This document shows, piece by piece, positions 58,269 to 64,000 of a stretch of DNA of 64,000 nucleotides. Position numbers and translations under genes: made by a program. Within the stretch, counting starts at the first letter, position 1. The number at the start of each line of letters is the position of its first letter. The notes below the pieces were generated by a model. That model was not told the DNA's origin. It searched no databases and saw only the letters and a list, made by a program, of their open reading frames with translations. Source of the DNA: a virus; IMG/VR virus record IMGVR_UViG_3300027801_002517, positions 32,001 through 96,000 of that record, one strand, 5' to 3'.

Positions 58269-59198
58269 CTATAGAAAATCTATCATACCGTAATCTGGTA
58301 ACTCTCTAGCAGGAAAACCCTGTACGTCACTAAATACCCAAGAACCACGACCAGCCAACATAGCTCGTGCATCGCTTTCACGAATCCAAAAACTACCATC
58401 TGGTTGTCCATGTGTCTTAGGACCAGAATTCCATCGTCCCCAGCTATTTTGCACTAAGAACAATGTTTCTCTATGTACTTTTCTAGTGTCGTCGCAAGCA
58501 ATCCAAGCCATAGCATGGCTCCATCCTTTACCACGTTTAGCAATTCCATTCACATCTCTTCTTGAGCTAAAACCATAACCACTACAAACAGATATACCAT
58601 ACCCATTAGCTAAAGCATCTCTTGCTTCTTCTATTGTTGTAACCATAGAGACGGTTTTAACTCGATGCTTATTTGCTTCATCGACATATATCTGCATGGG
58701 AATTAAGTGATTTGCACCAATTTTAGAATTATATACAGATAAATCTATTGATCCATAATCTTTTCTAAGGAGAATACCACCTTTTTGGTGTGCATATCTT
58801 GCGGCAATTGAACAAGACATTCCTTGACGTTTATGTCCACGAGATTGATATATGCCTTCTGTAGCACTTCTGGTCAAAAAACTCTCTGGTTCTTTTTTTA
58901 CGTCAATCTCAACAGCCCGTGTGAGATCAATTGCATTTCTTGTAGAATGAGAAACACAATCACCAGTAGTTTGACGCTCCGATGGACCAAACCCTTTATC
59001 GAATTTCAGCAAAGACTTATAAGGTAGTGAGAGCTTCCCTTCTCCACTACCATATAAACTATATGCCGCTGCACCAAATAAAGGGGTTTTTAACTTACCT
59101 AAAAGATCAGCAACATCTTCGTCATCACATATTGTTCCAACGAATCCGTCCTGATAGGTTTTTAGGGTTTTGCGTGGTGTGGTAAAATCTTCAGTCAT
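58269..59198 (-). CDS. Papain-like (C1/CA clan) cysteine peptidase
   Basis: QTTGDCVSH (oxyanion Gln + Cys), WSHAM (His), QNSWG (Asn), GSFWI. Confidence 0.85.
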   Translation of the reverse strand: MTEDFTTPRKTLKTYQDGFVGTICDDEDVADLLGKLKTPLFGAAAYSLYGSGEGKLSLPYKSLLKFDKGFGPSERQTTGDCVSHSTRNAIDLTRAVEIDVKKEPESFLTRSATEGIYQSRGHKRQGMSCSIAARYAHQKGGILLRKDYGSIDLSVYNSKIGANHLIPMQIYVDEANKHRVKTVSMVTTIEEARDALANGYGISVCSGYGFSSRRDVNGIAKRGKGWSHAMAWIACDDTRKVHRETLFLVQNSWGRWNSGPKTHGQPDGSFWIRESDARAMLAGRGSWVFSDVQGFPARELPDYGMIDFL

Positions 59199-59199
59199 A

Positions 59200-59406
59200 T
59201 TACTTCGTATTATCTCTAATCCAAGTAATTAGTGACTGTAGACCAACAGTGACCACAGGTACTATTAGTGGACCAAAAGCACCAAGATCGATATTAATCA
59301 AATTCTCGGACACAAAGGCTAATCCAGCAGCCGCACCTACAAGTAAACCTGTTTTCAATACTAAAATAACTTCAGCACCATTTAACTTAAAACTTTCAGA
59401 ACCCAT
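59200..59406 (-). CDS. Holin-like two-TM protein
   Basis: 68 aa, two hydrophobic helices, short charged C-terminus, directly upstream of the peptidase. Confidence 0.55.
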   Translation of the reverse strand: MGSESFKLNGAEVILVLKTGLLVGAAAGLAFVSENLINIDLGAFGPLIVPVVTVGLQSLITWIRDNTK

Positions 59407-59419
59407 AATTAGACCTTTC

Positions 59420-59719
59420 TTAATTTAGTAAAACAACAACCTTGTCACTAAGTGACTTTAAATCTTCTCTAGCTTGTTCATGACCCTCCATTAATCCCTC
59501 TAATCTACCGACTTTCTCACTCATTGAGACCGCCCACATGTCACGGTCAACATGTCTATCTTCACATTCTTGTAATTTTTTACTGACTCTTTTTTCAGTA
59601 CTCACCATTTGCCGGTGCATTGATTTCCATAACACGGTTATAGCAGCAGCTAAACCACCAATAATTGGTGTACAAAGTTTTAAAATGAATTCGATATTTA
59701 ACTGAAAATCAGAAGACAT
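59420..59719 (-). CDS. TM + coiled-coil protein
   Basis: Start MSSDF after GGAG; IIGGLAAAITVLW then a coiled coil. Confidence 0.6.
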   Translation of the reverse strand: MSSDFQLNIEFILKLCTPIIGGLAAAITVLWKSMHRQMVSTEKRVSKKLQECEDRHVDRDMWAVSMSEKVGRLEGLMEGHEQAREDLKSLSDKVVVLLN

Positions 59720-59750
59720 AAAAACTCCAATCGTCAAACAGTCATATGCA

Positions 59751-59783
59751 ATAAAAAGCCTCACCCCCATATGAGGATGAGGC
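59751..59783 (-). terminator. Intrinsic terminator
   Basis: On the - strand GCCTCATCCTC-ATAT-GGGGGTGAGGC-TTTTTAT: 11-bp stem with two G-U pairs. Confidence 0.88.
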
Positions 59784-59813
59784 TGCTTAATCCTTTAAGC
59801 TACAAGAATCCTA

Positions 59814-60467
59814 TCAGGATTCAAATGTATCTTTAGCCTTATATTCATCTGTTGTAGGTGCCGCCAAACCACCGAAGTGGTATGTAAGTTCACCCGGAAC
59901 AGATCTGGATGTAGAAGCAGCATTATCAATTGCCGCGTGACCACCCGTTCCAGAAGGAGCTACATAATTTACAACAGTACCAGCACCAGCACCCTTGGTA
60001 AAGTTAGGTGTAATTTGAGTGCTTGGTACAGCATAGATATCGAATGTACCACCACCCGTACCAAGTTGTCGAGTAGTTATCAGTTCATGAACACCGTCAC
60101 GAACAACACCCTTCCAGTCTGCTGCCGTCGTATCGAGTGCGGTAGTAGCTACATTAGATAATGTACTTGTAACTCCTCCACCTCTCATTATCCACTGAGT
60201 AGCAGTAGATTCATAAGCTAATGTACCACCACTAAGTGCTTTAGCAACACCTACTCTATCAGTTGTTGCAGCACCAGTACCGTCATTAGCTACTACTTTA
60301 GAACCCACATCTCTTAAATCATCAACAGTACCAACGATTGTTACTGCATTACTAATTGGACCCGTGGTAGTATCAGCATTACCAGCCTGAAAAATAGAAC
60401 CACCATCTTTAACTTCACCAGTGCCAACTGCGACATCACCAGCACCCGAGGGTCTTACTGTAGACAT
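59814..60467 (-). CDS. Gly/Ala/Thr-rich putative virion protein
   Basis: 217 aa, AAGGAG SD, own promoter and terminator. Confidence 0.55.
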   Translation of the reverse strand: MSTVRPSGAGDVAVGTGEVKDGGSIFQAGNADTTTGPISNAVTIVGTVDDLRDVGSKVVANDGTGAATTDRVGVAKALSGGTLAYESTATQWIMRGGGVTSTLSNVATTALDTTAADWKGVVRDGVHELITTRQLGTGGGTFDIYAVPSTQITPNFTKGAGAGTVVNYVAPSGTGGHAAIDNAASTSRSVPGELTYHFGGLAAPTTDEYKAKDTFES

Positions 60468-60483
60468 TTTGCGTCTCCTTCAT

Positions 60484-60545
60484 AAAATAAAACAAAATAA
60501 ACAATAAACAAAATCCAGATCCGCAAAAAAGTCCAATAGTCCAAT
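60484..60545 (-). repeat. 5' UTR short tandem repeats (U-rich tract and ATTGGACT x2)
   Basis: AAAATAAAAC-like units at 60484-60512; AGTCCAAT at 60530-60537 and 60538-60545. Confidence 0.6.
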
Positions 60546-60546
60546 C

Positions 60547-60556
60547 TATTATACAC
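60547..60556 (-). promoter_or_regulatory. Putative late promoter GTGTATAATA
   Basis: Identical to 9538-9547; overlaps the sigma-gene stop codon. Confidence 0.6.
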
Positions 60557-61034
60557 TCTCGACCAAATTTCTCTTCATTATTTTCAGGTTTTTATTAATT
60601 TTTCTCCTAACTAATTCTCTGGAAATATTATTAGTTTTTGCAATCTCTTTGATCGTCATATTATTGTAAAACCTATCAAAAATTATTGATGGATCTTCAC
60701 AATTATTGATTTCATCTAACATATCGACTCTATCATTATATGGATCATATGATTTGTTATGTTTTACAGATCCTCTTAAACCCGAGAATACTCTTTTCTC
60801 GCTTGATCTCTTAAAACTCATACATTCCATAACGACGCCTCGATAAAGATAACTAGAAAATTTACAGTTGTTTAATTCTGCATCATATTTATCGTATGCC
60901 CTCCATATAGCATGGTAAATACAATTTTCTATTTCATCTTCAGTTAAAGAATAACGAAAAGAAGATGCTGCTGCTTTTGTTAATCTTGAAATTTCCTCAT
61001 CCTGTATCAATGTCTTAATCCTATCATCAATCAT
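60549..61034 (-). CDS. Phage-encoded sigma70/ECF-like RNA polymerase sigma factor
   Basis: Region 2-like AIWRAYDKYD...KFSSYLY; region 4 HTH MTIKEIAKTNNISRELVR; likely start MIDD after AAGGA. Confidence 0.8.
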   Translation of the reverse strand: MIDDRIKTLIQDEEISRLTKAAASSFRYSLTEDEIENCIYHAIWRAYDKYDAELNNCKFSSYLYRGVVMECMSFKRSSEKRVFSGLRGSVKHNKSYDPYNDRVDMLDEINNCEDPSIIFDRFYNNMTIKEIAKTNNISRELVRRKINKNLKIMKRNLVESV

Positions 61035-61044
61035 TATATTATCC

Positions 61045-61473
61045 TTATATAAAACTTTCTTCAATTTCTTTTCTTACATTAGAAAAGTCAAACATTCTAC
61101 CAACCCCAATAAAAAATCTATACCTACTACAAATTTTTAATACTTCAACCCCTCTTATATTTTCTAATCTATCTTTAAGTGATTTAGTAATATTGAAATT
61201 AGTATGTCCCAACCAACAGTCAAAATTCGTTATCATTTGTATCTCATTAGATAAATCCTCTGGCATTGCTGAAAATGCAGATGACATATCTGATTCTTGG
61301 TATTCTTCTTGTCCTTTCTCATATTCAAGAGGGTAATCTATTTCTTTATTTATAGAGATGGGCTTCAATATTGAAGCAGCTATCATGTCTATTAAAGGCG
61401 AATTTATTTGTTTCTCTAAAAGATCCTCATATTTTTGCCAACCAATTTTATTTTTTTTAGACATAATAATCAC
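61045..61473 (-). CDS. Hypothetical protein
   Basis: 142 aa; WLGHTNFNIT...GVEVL...RYRF. Confidence 0.55.
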   Translation of the reverse strand: MIIMSKKNKIGWQKYEDLLEKQINSPLIDMIAASILKPISINKEIDYPLEYEKGQEEYQESDMSSAFSAMPEDLSNEIQMITNFDCWLGHTNFNITKSLKDRLENIRGVEVLKICSRYRFFIGVGRMFDFSNVRKEIEESFI

Positions 61474-61476
61474 CTT

Positions 61477-61863
61477 TCATGGTAACATTTCAGAAGGATT
61501 TATGTATGGAGTACTATCTGCCTCCTTTCTATCTGTAAGCTCTTGAGCTTCATTTGTTTTGAGATCTATGTATAATTGTATAAAATCATCGTGTAACTGT
61601 TTTAGATCTTGATCTAACAAATTACTTTGAATTAATTCTAAAGTATCCATTTGACCACGAAAAGAACTAACATAATTAATCAATGTGGCTAATTCAACAG
61701 CTTCAAATGGTCTATTTGAATTTTCTAAATCAATAAATAAAGTACCTTGTGTAGTCAGTAGAAAATTAATATTAATTAGAGGTTTACCGTCTTCTGTATT
61801 CTCTTCTATTTGTTCTTCAGACTTTGTGTTATAATTAAAATAATTTTTTATAAATTTAAACAT
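61477..61863 (-). CDS. Hypothetical protein
   Basis: 128 aa ORF. Confidence 0.5.
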   Translation of the reverse strand: MFKFIKNYFNYNTKSEEQIEENTEDGKPLININFLLTTQGTLFIDLENSNRPFEAVELATLINYVSSFRGQMDTLELIQSNLLDQDLKQLHDDFIQLYIDLKTNEAQELTDRKEADSTPYINPSEMLP

Positions 61864-62899
61864 ACTTTATAATTTCTTGTGTTGTGTGTGACCAAGTGAA
61901 TTTTTTAGAAGTTTCTATACCCGTTTGATTAAATGTGCGATGATCAGACAACGCAAAATCTTGCATGTATTTAGATAATATCTGTATGGTTGAATCTTCT
62001 ATCTTACCCCAATTACCTTGACCAAAGAACCATTTATCATCAAATGCAGGCTCCATACTACTTATCGGGATTAAATCAGAGTTTTCTTTAGTACAAAATT
62101 CAGTATGAGCTGAATAATCTGTAGTTATAATATGCTTTCCACATGCCATCAACTCCAATACCTCTAAATTCCATCCTTCTGCCCTAGATGGAAAGACTCC
62201 ACAATCCACTTCAGCCATAATATTATACACATCTACCTGCGTATTAACCCTTGGTATAAGTTTAACATTAGGGCGATCATATAGATTTCTCCAATAATTC
62301 GCCTCATTAAGAGAATTAAAAGGATTCTCACACATCATCCATAATTCAACATTATCTTGATCTATCATATCCCAAGCTTTGATTAGGATATCATGACCCT
62401 TACGAACTTCCCATTTACCACAGTTAAAGAAGATAGTTTTACTTCTATACTGATCTACTTTGGTTGGGACAAATATATCTAAATCTACACCAAGTGGAGC
62501 TACACTGACTGGCACAGTGATACCATTCTGCTCCACAATTTCTTTAGCCCACTCTGAACATACTATAAGATGATCAACTGAATTTAATTCATTAACTTCT
62601 TGATCTGTAAATGTATCCAACTCAAAAATTGGGAATCCAAATGTTTTACCAGTGAGAGCTTCAGGTATTCTCATATCATGCTGGTGCCAGATCTTTAAGA
62701 CGGGAGCATCCTCAAAACCTGATTTATTCATATTGTTAGCAAGTTTTTTACATACCTCAAAATCCCCAAGATTACTACACTGAATTTCTCCAATAGGCCA
62801 CAATGCTACATCAGCAATTTTATTAAATTCTTTTACAATATTTAATGAAGCAATGCCGTATCCTAATTGATTGATAGGCCCGATGATATTTATCTTCAT
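61856..62899 (-). CDS. GT4 glycosyltransferase outside the glycan island
   Basis: LGVD, GKWEVRKG, VFPSRAEGWNLEVLELMACG. Confidence 0.85.
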   Translation of the reverse strand: MKINIIGPINQLGYGIASLNIVKEFNKIADVALWPIGEIQCSNLGDFEVCKKLANNMNKSGFEDAPVLKIWHQHDMRIPEALTGKTFGFPIFELDTFTDQEVNELNSVDHLIVCSEWAKEIVEQNGITVPVSVAPLGVDLDIFVPTKVDQYRSKTIFFNCGKWEVRKGHDILIKAWDMIDQDNVELWMMCENPFNSLNEANYWRNLYDRPNVKLIPRVNTQVDVYNIMAEVDCGVFPSRAEGWNLEVLELMACGKHIITTDYSAHTEFCTKENSDLIPISSMEPAFDDKWFFGQGNWGKIEDSTIQILSKYMQDFALSDHRTFNQTGIETSKKFTWSHTTQEIIKYV

Positions 62900-62910
62900 A
62901 TATCATTTCC

Positions 62911-63108
62911 TTATTCGCGTGGCACATCATGACTATAAAATAGCTTATGTCTTTGTGTACCATCAGTCTTACTAATTATTCTATCGTCTAAATATCCTTC
63001 TTGGATCAATTTTTTTGCAATAGTACTCTCAATTTCAGTTAAATCTTCTAAATCTTTTTTATTAAACTGTAAGGCAATCCATTCTGTTGTTGTATACCAA
63101 GTTAACAT
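62911..63108 (-). CDS. Small hypothetical protein
   Basis: 65 aa after an AGGGG SD. Confidence 0.5.
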   Translation of the reverse strand: MLTWYTTTEWIALQFNKKDLEDLTEIESTIAKKLIQEGYLDDRIISKTDGTQRHKLFYSHDVPRE

Positions 63109-63120
63109 AAATAATCCCCT

Positions 63121-63366
63121 CTAATTATTATGGAGAGAAACCTCATCAGGTTTGTTTCTGAATCTCTTAAGTGTCTCCAGCCTATCTTCAGCATCTGCTA
63201 AATTTGCCAAGGATTCTTGTAGGTTGTTGTGTAGATCTCCTGTACTATGGTCACCAATACCTGCTGGATGATCCAGCAACATATGTAGACTTGCTTCAGC
63301 CTTTACTTTGTCAGTAATAGCCTGATGGTACAAAGAATCTAATGCTAATTCACGATAACTACTCAT
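63121..63366 (-). CDS. Small hypothetical phage protein
   Basis: HPAGIGDH motif between two helices. Confidence 0.55.
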   Translation of the reverse strand: MSSYRELALDSLYHQAITDKVKAEASLHMLLDHPAGIGDHSTGDLHNNLQESLANLADAEDRLETLKRFRNKPDEVSLHNN

Positions 63367-63998
63367 AGTTCAAATGCCTCCAAGGTTAATTTAAATGGAT
63401 TTCCCTCTATACTTTTCACTTGCTCCAACATTGTAGCAGCAATCTCGCGAATTTCAAGTTGAGCATCAGGTTTATTTCGAAGATTTAAGAAATGTGCGAA
63501 CGATCTCCAGTTGAACATGATATCAGCAGTAATTTGACTGTTGTATGTCTTGAAGAATCTGGCTGATTCTTTTGCTCTCTTGCGTCCCATCCAAGGTTCG
63601 AGGTCTGCTATACATTGATGGTAAAGTTCATTACCTAGATTCGTGTACTTCTCTAAAATGTCCACCCATTCATCGTGAGGTTCAGCAAACGCTGTTGGAA
63701 AATCATCTGCGATATATGCAGTACATTCAGTCTCACCCCAATCTTCCGGTAGGTAATACTTATCTTCCTGCAATTCCTTATAACGAGCAGACTCAGCATT
63801 GACACTGACTCCCACTCTATGCTTTAAAATCTGAATATGTGAGGCAATATCCGTAGTTACTAAGAAATGTATAGAAGATTTCTCAAACGGAGTATGATGT
63901 CCCGCTTCAGCCAACATAGTAAGGAGCCTACCTATGCGTTTTTCCTTGTCTTCAGTAAATTCTCTGGAAGTAGAAGTCCAAGCAGAAAGTGCGTGACT
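63363..63998 (-). CDS. thyX: Flavin-dependent thymidylate synthase (5'-partial)
   Basis: HHTPFE, QILKHR..S.NAESARY, KESAR, NWRSF..F..LR..AQLEIR; frame open to the window edge. Confidence 0.9.
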   Translation of the reverse strand, partial: SHALSAWTSTSREFTEDKEKRIGRLLTMLAEAGHHTPFEKSSIHFLVTTDIASHIQILKHRVGVSVNAESARYKELQEDKYYLPEDWGETECTAYIADDFPTAFAEPHDEWVDILEKYTNLGNELYHQCIADLEPWMGRKRAKESARFFKTYNSQITADIMFNWRSFAHFLNLRNKPDAQLEIREIAATMLEQVKSIEGNPFKLTLEAFEL

Positions 63999-64000
63999 TT

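Noticed and set aside
59720-59770. Longer N-terminus of ORF 59420..59770
   Set aside because: It runs through the terminator hairpin; the SD-preceded ATG at 59719 is more plausible.
546-63802. Numerous short antisense or out-of-frame ORFs in the track (e.g. 4535..4720, 18333..18689, 34469..34828, 52973..53449, 57801..58163)
   Set aside because: They are nested in well-supported genes and lack motifs; most likely shadow ORFs.
1-64000. Stop-codon reassignment (alternative genetic code)
   Set aside because: Conserved genes are full length in code 11; TAA, TAG and TGA all terminate genes at expected positions and coding density is high.
1-64000. tRNA, rRNA, integrase or transposase genes
   Set aside because: Intergenic gaps are almost all under 80 nt, and I recognised no cloverleaf/T-loop motif or recombinase/transposase motif by eye.

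Overview
This 64-kb window looks like part of a large, AT-rich, lytic dsDNA (jumbo-type) bacteriophage genome read in the standard genetic code. Positions 1-10320 (+ strand) encode probable virion structural proteins, two of them very large. A hairpin terminator marks the strand switch, and the rest is one long - strand run. Read in transcription order, that run contains thyX, a phage sigma factor, a terminator-bounded cassette (holin-like protein, papain-like protease, exported thioredoxin, membrane proteins), nrdAB, and an accessory patch (Tat-exported DUF1501, IscA) that points to a Planctomycetota host. Next come dut, phoH, recA, dnaB, primase, dNMP kinase, a Cas4-like nuclease, a DnaE polymerase split into two genes around a DEDDh exonuclease, and ssb. 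It ends in a ~24-kb glycan island with two NeuB, NeuA, a GT29 sialyltransferase-like enzyme, ColD, Per, Fcl/ColC, UGD, NadE and about 10 glycosyltransferases. The best candidates for new biology are: (i) a phage-encoded nonulosonic-acid/sialylation system that may act on Ser-Gly-rich virion proteins; (ii) a protease plus thiol-reductase lysis cassette; (iii) an intein-free three-part Pol III; (iv) a GTGTATAATA late-promoter motif that may belong to the phage sigma factor. All calls rest on motif recognition by eye; no database search was run.
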